A stretch of DNA of 64,000 nucleotides from Rhina ancylostomus. Taxonomy: Eukaryota. Both the position numbers and the translations under genes were made by a program. Below, piece by piece: positions 23,901 to 38,900 of the stretch. The stretch lies in NCBI GenBank assembly GCA_030265395.1, contig JARFYF010000036.1, positions 23,032,327 through 23,096,326 of the forward strand, read 5' to 3'. The number at the start of each line of letters is the position of its first letter. The first letter of the stretch is position 1. A model generated the notes under the pieces. The model was not told where the DNA came from. It saw only the letters and a program-made list of their open reading frames with translations, and did not search any database.

Positions 23901-26900
23901 CTCCCCTAGCAGTGCGTTCTAGACACCTACCACTCTCTGTGTAAAAATAATAATAGTAATAATAATTTGCCTAACAAATCTCCTTTTAACTGTCCCCTTA
24001 AACCAACGCCCTCTAGTATTTGACATTTCCACCCTGGGAAGAACATTGACTATCTACCCTATCTATGCCTCTCATAATTTTATATACTTCTATCAGGTTG
24101 CCCCTCAGCCTCTGATGCTCTGAAGAAAACAATCCAATAGGTTCCTCCTGTAAGTAATACACTCCAATCCAGGCAACAACCAGGTGAACTTCTGCACCCT
24201 CTCCAGTTGTCTCCACATCCTTCATGTGATGTGGCAACTAGAACTGCACGCAATTGTACAAATGTGGCCTAACCAATGATTTTCTTTCAGTTGCAATATG
24301 TACCTTTAATGTTGAGATCAAATTATCTTGTTCACATACATTTCTTTATGATGAGGATAGACAGGAGAATGGCATTGAGGGGGAGATAATGAATAATCCT
24401 CCAAGAAGCTAGAGGCACTTTTCCAGCAGACACTGTATACTATACCCTTGTAAAACTCTGCATTTTCAGAGTGATGTTCTTGAAAGAGGCAAAGAAGAAA
24501 TGGTCTGTTCACAATCTGACCTATAAATATCCTCTCAAGCACAAGAAAATAACAGGCTTATCTCACATTGATGGAATCCATATCATAAAATAACTTACTG
24601 TGCTTATATTTGGCTATAAGTACTTCCTTCAATTTCCATCCCAACCACAGTCTTTGTCCCACTTTGCAACCATTTCCAGTGCTGCACTGAGGAGCTATCT
24701 AAAGCTAATGATGTCTATGACATTTGACAATATTGTAATTAGTAAAACATCTTTGGACTGAAATGGCCCTTGTCTTTGCTACTGAGTCCCTGGAGAACTC
24801 TTAGTATTCTGTGATGCCAAAGAACATGTACAATACAATATTCGGACACCAGAGTAAGCAGTCATTTAAGGAAGTGACTTAACTTAAAAAGTTATGTGAA
24901 CTGTTATCTTGAGAGCAGATAACATCGTGAAGGCATTCTCTACCCATGATATGCTAGACCGAAGGTTTGGGGCTTTGCAAAATATTCAGTTTCTGAAAGA
25001 CAGCATTTTGGACAATGCAGCACACTGTCAGCTTAACACCAGTGTCTGCTGAGATTACGTGTTGATGTTCTGAGTTCATGCCCGTCATCCAGGAGGAGGT
25101 CTGAATTAATGCAATCAGTAGGTGCTTGAGAACATGAAATGGGGTTCTTAATGTCTGAATATCCAATTTAATTCTCGCCAAACAATCCTCCCAAGTTTAA
25201 AGATCATTGTCAACAGCATTCCCAGTCTGGAAATCTGGAAGCCTTCCTGTCAGAAATTTAAGTGGTTTGCACTGCTGCCATTTGTTCCACTAAAGTTACA
25301 TTGTATGGTGAATGGCTGTACTTCAAATCGCATTGGAAAATACCATAGTTAATGCCACCTGTCCCAGGTCCTCTATGTCTCCATACAAGTGCAATGCTCA
25401 TATGCAGCATCCTTTATAAAGTGAGATCCCAGAGATAGGAGTCAGCAAACTTAGGAGCTCAAAATGAGTTGTGTCATGCCTCTGCTCCCATTTTCTGATC
25501 CCAATTTCATCTGTAACACCGTTAATGTAAGGAATGCCATATATTAATTGTAAATAGTGGTTTGGTTTGCAAATTTGGAGGATATTGGTTCTGGCTCCTT
25601 AATGTGTTGTTTGTTTATTTGATCTGACTGCCATGTTTAATATGCAGGTCACCTCCCTCCCTGTTCATTCTGTCATTTCCTAGCGGCTGTTTTCAGATCT
25701 TGCATTGGGTCCCTGTCTCTCTGGTTGTTTATCATGTTCCTCCACAGACTTATAAGATTTTTAAGACAAATAGTGAAGGTCCCTCAACCTTGTGGCAAGA
25801 GGAATTTCCATTTTGTCTCTCCTCTTCCATCAGGTAGAAGATACAGGAGCCTGCGGGCACGTACCACCAGGCTCAAGGACAGCTTCTATCCCACTGTGAT
25901 AAGACTATTGAACGGTTCCTTTATACGATGAGATGGACTCTTGACCTCACAATCTACCTTGTTATGACCTTGCATCTTATTGTCTACCTGCAATGCACTT
26001 CCCTGTAGCTGGGACACTTCACTCTGTATTCTGTTATTGTTTTTACCCTGTACTACCTCAGTACACTGTGTAATGAATTGATCTGTATGAACGGTATGCA
26101 AGACAAGTTTTTCACTGTACTTCAGTACAAGTAACAATAACAAACCAATACCAATTATATGAATATTATTGCATCACACATTCTGGAGAGGGTTGGCTGA
26201 GTTTACTGTGAGAAATAGGAGTAAAAGGAGGGGGCAAAAAATCTTTGTCTTCAACTTAGAAGAAAATAAAAATCACCTGCCTTGGTCCCAAGTTTCTACA
26301 TCATTTGATTTTCATACAAGAAATCAATACCGAAGGAAGATAGTGGACTTCGAGGTCCAAGGATGGGAATTTTCACTCCTGGCCCCTTGATGCAAAGGAC
26401 ATTGGACATCTACAGAGATGGGAAATGTTGAGCAAAGGCCATAATGAGAGAGTGGGAAATTTCGGGACAGGTCAGATGGGGGGGGGTGGGCCTGAAGTGT
26501 CCAGTAAGACAATTTTGAGAGGATTGAAAAGCTGGAGAAAGCCTCAAGCTTGCACACCCTTGACTGATGTGATCTTTGACTTCAACTTTCCTTCTCTACC
26601 CAATCCCCAAACCTCTGTTCCCCTTGTATTCTTAAAACCAATAGATCATGGCCTTGAATTTATTCAACATTTTGCTATCTGCAGTTCTATCATAGAAAAT
26701 TCTAAAGAATCACAACCTTCAGGGACAGAAAAAATACCTTCTCATCTCTATCTTTAATGGGCTAAACCTGTTCTACATCCCTTTAGGGGGGAAGCAACCT
26801 CTCAGTATCTACCCTATCAAGTCCCTCAGAATCTTATATTTTAATGAGATCACTGCTCATTCTTATATGAGAGCATAGGCCTATTCTGTTCAATCCTCTT

Positions 26901-29900
26901 ATTTTAGAAAACTAGGAATCAAAATAGTGAACCTTTGCTACACTACCTCTCAGGAAAGTATACCTCTTTCATTAATGAAGGATAAGTGTGTTCCTGTGCA
27001 GTGCAAGAGCAAGTAATCCACCTCCTTCAGTGGTAGAACAGCCCCTGCCAAGATGTGTGCCCTAAGTAGCTCCATATAGAACACTGTTGTATGGACTGCT
27101 CAAGTGCGCACTGAGATAAAGTCCAATAGTTGTTGTAAAGTCTGTCTATGTGTAGGAGGTCTCCAACCTGAATGAAACACATCGGTTCTGCACAGCAAGG
27201 CGCAGTCTATGACCAAGCGTGGCTGCCTGGCAGACTGACTGCCCGAGGGACGCCATGAAGCATCCCTCACTAACGGATGACGAGGATGGTCGAGATTGAA
27301 TGCCTCTCCCATCATTTCCACTTATGGTTTGGGAATATGAATCCCTCATGATGTCCTCCCTCACTATGGTTCCAATAGAAATCGCAGCTTTTTGCACTTG
27401 TTTTTGGTTCATTAAACGTTGTCAAAATTAGCATATGGGCTTACAGTCAACAAAATTGCAAAGAAAGGTTTGCAACAGTGTTAGGGGTCTTAAACTCAGA
27501 AAGGAATTTCAAGACACTATCTGAGTGGCTCCCGGCAGGGTTACATTCATTTCAGAGTAACTGTCCACTTATTGCTGTGCAGCATGTGGAAAAGAACATT
27601 GACTTTTAACGGCACCACTTCCCATGGCAACCAGATTGCAGCGAGAGGCATTCTGACTGCCACTGAGGAGAGAGAAGCCGCAGGGGAGCAGGAGAGAGCT
27701 CCCAGACGACAGAAGTGCTCAGTATTGAGATGAGTGCCAGGAGAGTGTTTCTGTATGACAGCAAAGAGGGGAATGGGGTGCAGACCTGTCAGAGCCAGCA
27801 CAAGGGCCTGAGAGAAAGTGGCTTGAATAAATTCCTCGAGTGAGAATCCCCACACAATGGAGCAACTCCACAAAAAATTTCATGATCTTACAAGATGTGT
27901 CAAGTAAACTGAAGACTATTAAAATTAACACGCACTTGTCCACACACAGAACTGACCATAATTATTATCCCATCCACTTTCCCCCCCCCCCACATACACA
28001 CCCTCACCTGCACCACACTCCATCCTCAACCCACACCCTCCTCTGCTTACACAGTGATACACTTCCAAAAGTCTCCTCCAAATGAAAGGTGACTTAATAT
28101 CCTTAGTCTTCACCATCTGTGCTAAAGCAATGAGGAACAGGAGGGAGGCCATTCACACGGAGGGGGCTTCCCTCTCAAGTTCAGGAGCTCACCAGAATTG
28201 TGGAGGTTGTCCTCCTGACAGACAGAAAGGCCAGCAAAGTGCAACTCACCTCATCAATCCTAGGAACTTTGAATCTGTTAGCTATGTGCATTAACAATGC
28301 CTTATTGTGATTACAGCTCTTTGATCTGCAGTAGACAACTTTAGCACCCTGCATGCAAGCTTCTGAGTGTAACCCCGTTGCTTTCTCTCTTCGCAAAGAG
28401 GCTCTTTGCTTCCCTCACCAGAACAGCATGAAGTAGAGAGAGAGGAGCAAGGCGATGATGGAGGATGAGGAGGGGTGTGAAGATGAGGATCAAAGTGCAT
28501 CATTGTTCCTGACCCTCTACACCACTGCCTCAGAGACTGGCACCCACCCACCCCCCCCACAACCAAGGGAAATGCAAGTTAAATTCGAGGGATGTGTGTC
28601 ACAGAGATGATGCCAGATACTAGCTGGCAGCTGGGGCAAGTGGGAGCAACAATCACATCCAAATTGCTCCAGAGAACTTAGATGATGACTATAATTGAGA
28701 TGTTTTGATGACAAGGCTAACGCAGATGCACAAGATGCACACTGTTAGGCTTCCTTCACTGAATGCAGGAGATGCCAAAGAATACTGATTGTTCTATCTC
28801 TGTGCTCTCACAAGTAGTTGTACAGCATGATCTCCACTATGGAGATGATGCACACTTCCTTGAAAGACCTTTTCAGCATGGACCAGTTGGGCCGAAGGGC
28901 CTGTTTCCATGCTGTATAACTCTGAGCTCTGTGACAAATCTATTGGTGAAGGTGCCATGGAGGTAGAGATGGAGGTCACACCTCTCTGCAGTCTCACCCT
29001 GACCTTGATAGAGGTCTAGACTTTGCCACATGGGGGCAGCTTGAAGCTCCTCCAGAACAGTTGCATGCCACTAGGAAGCAGCTTGATGTCCTTCTTGAGC
29101 AGAGTGATGCCACAAGAGATCGCTAACCTCACTGAGCAACAAGAATAAAGAACTGTTGAAAATTTAGTTACAACAGAGAAGGCCATTTGGTCCATTGTGT
29201 TTGTGAGAGTCAAGAAGAAAGTGACTCAACTTAATCACCTCCCAGCATTCAGTCAGTATTCTCCAAGAAAGCATCCAAATACCTTTTAAATCTGCCTCTT
29301 CTGCCCCTTCAAAGATGAGCTCCACAGAGGGTGGTGTGTATATAGAACGAGCTGCCAGAGGAAGTGGTTGAGGCAGGTACAATAACAACATTTAAAAGAT
29401 ATTTGGACAGGTACATGGATAGGAAAAGCTCAGAGGGATATGGGCCATATGCAGGCAAATGGAACAAGCTTAGATGGTTAACTTGGTCAGCATGGACAAG
29501 TTGGGCTGAAGGGTCTGTTTCCACACTATATGACTCTATCACTCTGGTTCAAAAGTAATTCCTCAACCACTCTCTAATCCTTCCACCGATACTTTAAGTC
29601 TGTGCCTGGTGGCCTTTGACACCTCTGCTAAGGAAAATAGGACCTTCCTACTTACCCTATGTTGGCTCCTCATAGAACATTGCAGTACAGTTACAGGCCC
29701 TTTGGCCCACCATGTTGTGCTGACGTTTTCTCNNNNNNNNNNNNNNNNNNNNNNNNNNNNNNNNNNNNNNNNNNNNNNNNNNNNNNNNNNNNNNNNNNNN
29801 NNNNNNNNNNNNNNNNNNNNNNNNNNNNNNNNTCTCACATTCAGCAAATGAATGAACCATTATCTCTGTGGTAGTGTTGCTTAAAGAATCAACAATGATG

Positions 29901-32900
29901 AGAACTTCGGGAGAACCCTCTTCTATAATTATATTATACTAATTAGTCAGCTAAAACTTCCTAGAAAATTCCAAATTCAGAAGGCAGCACTCATGGCAAA
30001 GCAACACTCCTGCATTAAAACACGTTGAGATTCTGAACTGAAACCACAGTCTTTGATACTAAGATGAGTGTGATGCCAACAGCTGTTACTTGAAGCACAA
30101 TCTGCTAATAATCATTGACAAATTTTTCACTGGGAGGAACAACAAATACAAGCAGTTGCAGTTTTTTTTTGAGACTTTCTGTAATGACATTGTTTTAGAT
30201 TTTAAAAGCAAGGCCAAAGGATTATATATCATTCAAAACAAACATTCCAATTCCTTATTTAATTATTTTTTTCTTCTTAACTAGTCAGTCTTGAATATTG
30301 TTTTCAATTGAATTACTAAATTGAATAACACAAGGAGATTTGCTTCAAAACATTGAGTTATTTAAGGCAATTTTAAAAGAATTTCATAAAGATGTTTACC
30401 AATTGACTATTTTCCCACACAACCTCCTGTTGATAAATTCTTTATATCTCATCCATTCCATTACCACTTTAACTTCTTACTAAGATGTAGTGCCATAAGT
30501 CTCAGTTTCTGATCCTATTTTCATGAGCTTCACTGAAGTGCCATGAAGGGTAGCACGGTAGTATAGCAGTTAGCCTAATGCTATAACAGCGCCAGTGACC
30601 CGGGTTTGATTCCCCCTGCGGTCTGTAAAGAATTTGTACGTTCTCCCTGTGCTTCTGTGTGGGTTTCCTCCGGGTACTCCAGTTTCCTCCCACATTCCAA
30701 AGACATACAGGTTAGGAAGTTGTGGACATANNNNNNNNNNNNNNNNNNNNNNNNNNNNNNNNNNNNNNNNNNNNNNNNNNNNNNNNNNNNNNNNNNNNNN
30801 NNNNNNNNNNNNNNNNNNCTGTACGCTTCGATGTACATGTGACTAATAAATAAATATCTTATCTCATTGTGAGCATGTGCAATGTGTTGTTTATTTCATC
30901 ATGGAATCACTTCAGCCATTCCCGCTGATCACCTCACCTAATTGTCCATGTTTGTGCATTTATAATTATAGCATGGAATCAGAGAATGTTACATCATGCA
31001 ATCAATTCTTCTATCTGTTGTTTGCACAAAGCCCTTTCTCTGCATAAACTTCCATTATGAGCAGCATCTCCTGCTTGCTCCACCAATCCTTTAATGATTT
31101 CTCTTTTCAATTTACTCTCTGATTTCCAGCTTTATCAAAGCAACCATCAACACAAAGACCTTTATCCTCATCTCCTTTCTTTTTTTCAATGTCTAATTAT
31201 GCATCTCAGATTTCCATAACGTGACCCTCTGTGTGAATACCGAGCAAGAATATGGGATCCAAAGTGGAAATATTGCTCACCATTGTAGTTCGCTTAACCA
31301 CCTTTTCCAAGGTGTATTTTTTTTGTTAAAATATGTTCATGAAAGCTTATTGTGCAATAATGATAAGTTGTCAAATAACCTATTTGTTTTTAAAGTTTCT
31401 TATTTTAGGTTATTTATTTTATCTAGAACTTTATTTACAATAAAAGTTATCTTTGAGATGACTTGCTAAGAGTTGAATATTAGGTAGTGTTGTCAATTTG
31501 GAAAAGTTGACTGTATTCTGTTGCTTGCAGCTGCAAGATGCATTGAAATGCCAACATTGCAGCAAGCAGTTTAAATCTAAAGCTGGTTTGAAGTATCACA
31601 TGATGGCAGAACACAACAATAAAGTAAGTATATAGCATCTATTTTATACTAAATAATGCTCCCATCCCACATTGACAGTTAGGGTTGATTTTGATAATGC
31701 TGGCTTTTTCCCAGGGTTGGAGAATCAAAAACTAGAGGGCATAGGTTTAAGGTGAGAGGGGAGAGATTTAATAGGAACTCGAGGGGCAGCTTTTTCACCC
31801 AGAGAGTGATCAGTAAATGGAATGAGCTGCCAGCCGAAGTGGTTGAGGCGGGTGCATTAACAACATTTAAAAGGTACTCGGACAGGTACATGGATAGGAA
31901 AGTTTTAGAGGGATATGGGCCAAGCACAGGCAAGTGGGACTAGATTAGATGGGAATCTTGGTCAGCATGGACCAGTTGGGCTGAAGGGCCTGTTTCTGTA
32001 CTGAATGGTTCAATGGCTCCCTTTGAGAAGTATTGCCTGCTGGAAGGCCATAATACAATATTTGGGCCCTGCATTATTTTGCAACATAAGCTTTCACTCT
32101 GCAAGGTTCCTTGTTGGACCATGCACTGGCTTTAACAAAAGAACTCATGGTATTTCTGAACCTGTTATGCTTCAAGGTTTTTCATTGCATATTTTACAGC
32201 CTGTGATGAATGCAGAGAAGTTACTGGATGAACAGCAGGAACGTGAAAGACTCCGAAGTGTTCTTAAACAAATGGGAAAACTAAAGTGCCCAAATGAGGT
32301 TAAATTCATTCTAAATTATTAATAATGGAAGGTTAATGCTGAATTTACTTCTCAAAATATTTTTGTTTGGATAATTATGTGGGTTAGTTTTAGTATTGTG
32401 CATTCTTGTTTGCTGGAACCACAATCACAAAAACATGTTTACCAATCGCAGAGGTATCATTTATATTGGTAACATTTAACACTTCTAAGTTGTAAAAGTT
32501 ATCATTTGGTAGTTTCTGGTTGGCACCAATTATGGAAAAAAGCTATGTCAGAGAGATCAGAAAAAAATTGGATATGACCACATCCCTTGATTCAATAAAT
32601 TGTATTTACAAGTGTTGCCTTCCTAGGGTTGCACAACTACATTTACCAGCCTAATGGGCTACCAGTACCATCTAAAAAGATGTGGGAAGGAGCCTGAAGA
32701 TATTGAAAAAGCTGTTTTCATTTGTGAACATTGCGAAAAAGAATATAAATCAAAGGCTGGTCATGACCATCATGTAAAATCGGAACATACAGTGGTAAGA
32801 TTTCAAGTAATTATATCATGGATAATTTTAAACATGTCATTTCTATTATACTATTTTCAGGCAATGTTCAATGCACTTTATTTTTTGGACACACATATTT

Positions 32901-35900
32901 CTTTAAATATACATGCCCCTCCCCACCCCCCATCATATTTACAAGTTTACACCTATTGCCCTTTGTAAAGTCAATGGTGATGATCGAGGTTGACATTAAA
33001 AGCTCATCACATGAAGGAAGAAAGAGAACTTCCTTTGATACAGTGTACAAGATGTCTAATTAAGTACTTTCATAGTGTTGAAATGTAGGGTAAAATGCTA
33101 GCCAATAAAATGCTAGCCAATATGTGCATGAGATGGAGGGGTGATGTCGAGGAGTGAAATTAATGACTAGATTCTCTGTTTTAGAGATACTGGCTCAATG
33201 GAGTTGAATGAAGGTTCTGGGGAAACTTAACATGAATGGTGCCATGAAATCATTTACAAACAAGGTCTTGGTTTAACATCTCAACAAAAAAATGGCTTCT
33301 CCAAAAGTGCAGCACTCCCTTAAGGTTAGGTTATGGCTTTAAATAGGACTTGAAATTCCAGCCTTTTACTTGGGAAGAAAGAGTGTTACCATTAAACAAA
33401 AGATGTTTCTGTGGAAAATATCAAGGAAGTCTTGCATTTAGCAGAGCAAAGTTTATACAGTGGAAACATTAATCTTACAATACAATCTTAAAAATGCTTT
33501 TGCCACCTTGGCTCAATGTACCTTTTTCCCCAGTCAGATACTTTGTAGGTTCAGGGCCAACTACAGAAATTGAATGCATAATGCAGGTTAAAATGTCAGA
33601 ATTGACCAGAATGTTGAATTTTACAATTTGGTACTGACATTTATTTTGGCAAAGCATTTTTTTTCTTTTTAATTTCCGTCGTGATTACTGCTAATATATA
33701 AAAGCGTTCTCCAAAAAAGTCTAAACACACATGATTAAGGGATTATAATTTATAATAAACTTTATCTGTTAAATTAACAAGTACAATTTGCATGATTATC
33801 TGTTTGATTGATTCCACTTCACAAAATGTACTTTATAAATGCTTTCCTACCATAATGCCTGATGGCAAGCATTAAGTGCATATAAAAAGAGAAATAAGTT
33901 TCATGCATGCATTAATGTAATGTGTAGTTAGTTCTCATCTCAGAGAAGGATCACATCTGTAGAAACTACATTGTTTCTCCTTGGCAAGCATTAACATTTA
34001 TTGTATCAGTTTATGGTTTGTAAAAGGGGAAAAAGGGACAGTTTGTGTTTTTAAAGTAATGACATTGATGATAGCTTTCCCAAAAATATTGTTCAGATAA
34101 CTGAAGATTCCGATCAGAAATCGGTTGATGAAGAGTTAGAGAACTCATTTGAGAAAACACCAAGTGGCCGTATTCGCCGAAGATCTGCACAAGTGGCTGT
34201 TTTCCATCTCCAGGAAATTGCTGAAGATGAACTATCAAAACTTTGGACGAGAAGGAGAAATAAAGATGACTTGGTCCCAGATATCAAGAGAGTAAGAAAA
34301 TATTTATTTCAATTAAAGTGACGTGAAGAACAAGAATGTCAATAAAAAGTCTACAAAGTCTTTATTGAATATACTTCTCAAATTACCATGTGATATAGAG
34401 TTCAGAGTTTTGGATTACAGATTAAATCTTGTTAGATCCTGCAGAAATCTTTAATTTTGAAAGAAAGCTATCAGACCTTTAAAAATACCAAAAAAACAAT
34501 TCTTACAGAGGGCATCTGTGATTTAACTTTGCAGAAAATTGTAAACTTGGCTTAATTAGTTTTAAACCCGACATAACCTGAAATGATTTATTTCATAAAC
34601 AACAGCATACCTGGACTCTTACCCTTCAAATCCTTTCTCATTTCAAAGTCAGTCATTTATCTCCCTGATCCTTCCTGATCTTTGACTGCTATTTCTAATG
34701 CACTCCTCCTGAAATACTTACAGTTGAACTCGATATGCTTTCTAGTAACTGCGCATTAGTTTTTATGGTCAAAGGGAAGGAACATAATTAGTATGTGTTA
34801 GGTGGGCCAAAAATGCCACTTCAGACACATATTCAAAGCTTAATAATCAAGTTAATTTGGAAATTCTTTACCAGTTGATTGAGTTGGGTTACCCAAGTTC
34901 TCCAGCTCGGCTGTTAACTCCTCATTGCCCTTGGAAGAAGATTGAATGTATTTAAAATGTATGTATTTTTTAAAGAATTTACATGTTGTGCACTTTATTA
35001 GCTGGACATTTCCCTTGGGGCTCACATAGATGTGGAGGTCAAGATGAACACTATTTCCCTCACAAAGTGTTGGGAAAAGCTCTAGAAAAAGCTGTTTGCC
35101 TTTGGTCCACCAACTAAAGCCATAATTCCAGCTGAATTCTTGCTGAAATTATTGCATTAGGTGGTGAATTTATTGTAAAATATCAGTACCATTAGCCTCT
35201 AGCTCAATTCCAATTAAGCCATGAGAGCAGGAACAAGGTCTTGAAATTTTAATGATCAGATAGCATCAGCATTGTGTTCCTAGTGTTTGTTTTTAAATTA
35301 TGTTTAAACTTAGTTTCTAACTTTTGTTTATTTTAAAAGAAGTCATTTTAAAACTCTACCCTGTCAAGGCCTGGAGTACTGTGTGTTTTATTTTTCCCCT
35401 GTTGAAAAAAATTACCAAACATTTGAAGAAAAGGAGTTGTGATCAGATGTACCAAGTGGAGCAGCGTGATTGCAACAACTCGTATGGTATTAACCTAAAT
35501 GGACTTGTGCAGTCTGAATCACAAAGCATCACAATTTACTGCATGAGTAATAGGAGTGAGTATTGTTTGACTGAGGAAACCTGTTATATAAGCTACTCTA
35601 ATCTCTTTGTTGCAGCTTAAGTATACTCGTCCTGGATTCCCAACATTCAACCCCACACAACTGGAAAGTTGGAAAAATGAAGTCAAAGAAAATGGTCAGA
35701 TCTGCTGCCCAAATAATGTGAGCATTACTGTTATGTTAGATATTTTCATCTCTAGTGTTGTTTTGTATATATTGTTAAGGTTTACATTTCCCCCTGACTC
35801 TCCCTTGCTGTCTTCAGGTTCATCTAGCCTTTGACCTAATTCCCGCCAAACTACTAACCACCCCACTTCCAAAGTCAACTCCTATGCTAGTTGATTATTC

Positions 35901-38900
35901 TCCCCAGCCACTCACTTTCGAAACTGCTGTGAATAATAGTTAGAATCATATTATGTATGTCAATGATGTCAGCTCTACCTCACTACCATTTCTATTCACT
36001 CTTCCATGAATTTTTAAATTTAAATGTTATTTACAGCATGGTAACAAGCCCTTTCAGCCCAACGAGTCCANNNNNNNNNNTGGAGCACCCAGAGGAAACC
36101 CACGCAGACACGGTAGAACATACAAACTCCTTACAAACAGCAATGGGAATCAAACCCTGATCGCTGGCGCTGTAATAGCGTCACACTTACTGCTATGAAT
36201 TTGATCACTCAGACAATTTTTTTGCCATTCACTCTTGGATAAGCTGAAATTTCTCACAGCTAAATATTGGGAAGCCTCAAGTTATTGCCTTTGATCCAAG
36301 TTACAAAGTTTGCAAATCTACCAGCATCTCCATCTTCCACCCTGACTTTATTGCACTATATATATGTCTGGCATTGTCCTCGATCTGCAACTAAAATTCC
36401 AAAACCTTTTTTTTTTCCCTTATAAAGACCATCTTCTATCTTGGGAACATTTGTCTCCATTCCTGCTTCAGGCCTTCAGTCATTCATGCCTTTGGCACCC
36501 CGAGATCTCTGGATGTTCTCCATTTTGGCTTTCCATCTTCCATCCTCGTCCTAGCTCTATCTTACTCTTTGCCAAATCTTTCTGTCATTTCTTACTTTGC
36601 CGACTCACTCTAATTTTGGTCACATCCTCATGTTTGAACACAAAAAAATATGACAAGGAGTAGTCCACCAGGTCCCTCAAGTCTGCCCCACTATTCATGC
36701 ATGGTTATGGCTGATCTATACTGACCTCAACTCTTTGCTTCCTTGCTCTCCCTATCTCTGTCCACATGGATATTGAAAGCGTCACTTCTACAACCTATGT
36801 AGCAGTTATCACAAACCAAGCCTCTGAAATTACCTGGAAACACCATAGCAAAGGCTGATGATATAAGAAATTTGCAAAACTGGGCAAGCTCATGGCTTAG
36901 ACAACATGGGAGGCCAATGTATTATTGTGGGGCCAGCAGGAGCTCCCAGCACTGTAACCCACAAGCANNNNTTCATAATGAAAAAAATGTGACCAAGGCC
37001 TCGTGGCCCAGAACTGGGTTTGAAGTTGTGTGACCTTTAGTTGCTGCAGTGGGTAAACTGGCATGTTTGGGTGAATAACATGATGTTTAAATAGGTCCCT
37101 GCTGCTCTCGGGAAGGTGCAATTCTGTTATCCTATTTCACTCTTGTTAAAATGCATGTGATAGTGCGAACAAATTAGGATTTTAGTGGGATCATTTCACC
37201 AGCCATTTTAATTTCCATCCTGCAATTTTCCCACCAGAGGTGAAAGTAGAGGTTAAAATTCTTGCTAAAGTCTCTGCCTTAATGACCACCTGTTCAACAT
37301 TTCGTTTTCTAATAATCTTCTGTCTGAAAAATATTCTAATTTCATCTTTAATTCTTCTTTTGACAACCTTGAATCTATACTCATTAATGTTTCACTAACT
37401 TTTTTTGCTATTTACTATTAAAAGTTCTTGAATAGTCTTTGAAACCTCCATTAGCTCTCAGTGCAAGGGAATCATCCCAATTTTTTAATGTTTTTCTTAA
37501 CCAGGTATGGGACATTTTCGTTTATCTCACAATAGTCATTCAGAGTGGGTGCAGTTGTTATTTTAGCTGAATAATATCCCATTCTGCTAGTGTGTGTACA
37601 AATTTAACTTTGTCAAAAAATTATCCATAACTATAATTATTGTCTTATAGTAAAAAAAGATTGTAAGCAATACTTATGCTACATTAGAAAGTATTTCAAC
37701 AAACAGCGGAGGTGACTGTATGAAAAATATATATGAAAAATCAGCCTTCAAAGTGAAATTTTAGGCAACTCCCATCTTAAAATTTTATTGTAACTCTACT
37801 TGTGCTATGTACAGTAAAGACAAGGCCCTTTAGAAAGGTATGCTTATATTCCAGAATCTTGAATTGTACAAGAATGTTTGAATAGTTCAATTGTTTATAA
37901 TTCCTAACTAGAACAAATGATAGTCTAGTTAAGAGACAGGAGTATGGCAACATAGCAGTTAAAATGCTTGACTACTACTTTGAGGGGTGGACTATTGATC
38001 TGGATATATGAATTTAAATCAAACCATGGTAGCTGAGGAATTTAAATGAACTAAATGGTCANNNNNNNAGGAGTGACCATGAATTACTGAATTATTATGA
38101 AGATCCAACAGTCTTGTTGATGCCTTTCAGGGAAGGAAATTTGCTTTCCTTGCCTGACCTCAGATCCACAGCAGTGTCGTTAACAACTTTCAGTTCATTC
38201 ATTTCACTTCAGGAACAATTAGGGCAATCACACCTTGTGTATGAGTGTTCTGCCATTAACTGTTGAAATGCTGTTTTGTTTATTATTTGAACTAGCTTTA
38301 GTACGGGCAACAGCAAAAGTATCTCTCATTCTGATCCTCAGTTTCCTACTCACTTATTGTTTTCTCCTTAACTCATTACAGTTGCAATGAATGAAAAGGA
38401 ATCTCACTTGCACATTCTTTGTTTCAGCATTGTGAAGCAATTTACTCAAGTTTTTCTGGACTAAAAGCTCATCTAGCAACATGTACTAAGGTCAGTTGGA
38501 CATGTACTTAAATGGCTGACATGCAATCAAATTGTGTGAACATGTTCACTTGGCTCCGTTGCACACATTACAATCAAGTAGCTGATTCTAATGTATACAA
38601 AAATAACTAATCTACCCAAAGGGCTAAAGTACAGCCTAATTATAAATCTAACGCACAGGAAACCAAGTGACTCTTAAGAATTAAGAACTAGAATTGTAGG
38701 TATGTGCAACATTCTTTCACTTAAGTTGGAGGAAAATAAATAAGTTCATCGGAGTCTGAAAGATGTCACTGAAGACATTCATTCTATTTATGGGGATAAA
38801 TCTTCCATTAGTTCTTCTGCAGAAAATTGATCTGAAAAGCATAAGCAAATTTCCAGAAAATCAAACTCAATTTTACACGTCCACTATTTCTTTCCATTAA

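Noticed and set aside
30548-30620. tRNA-like A/B box sequence
   Set aside because: It is the head of a V-SINE, not a cloverleaf tRNA gene.
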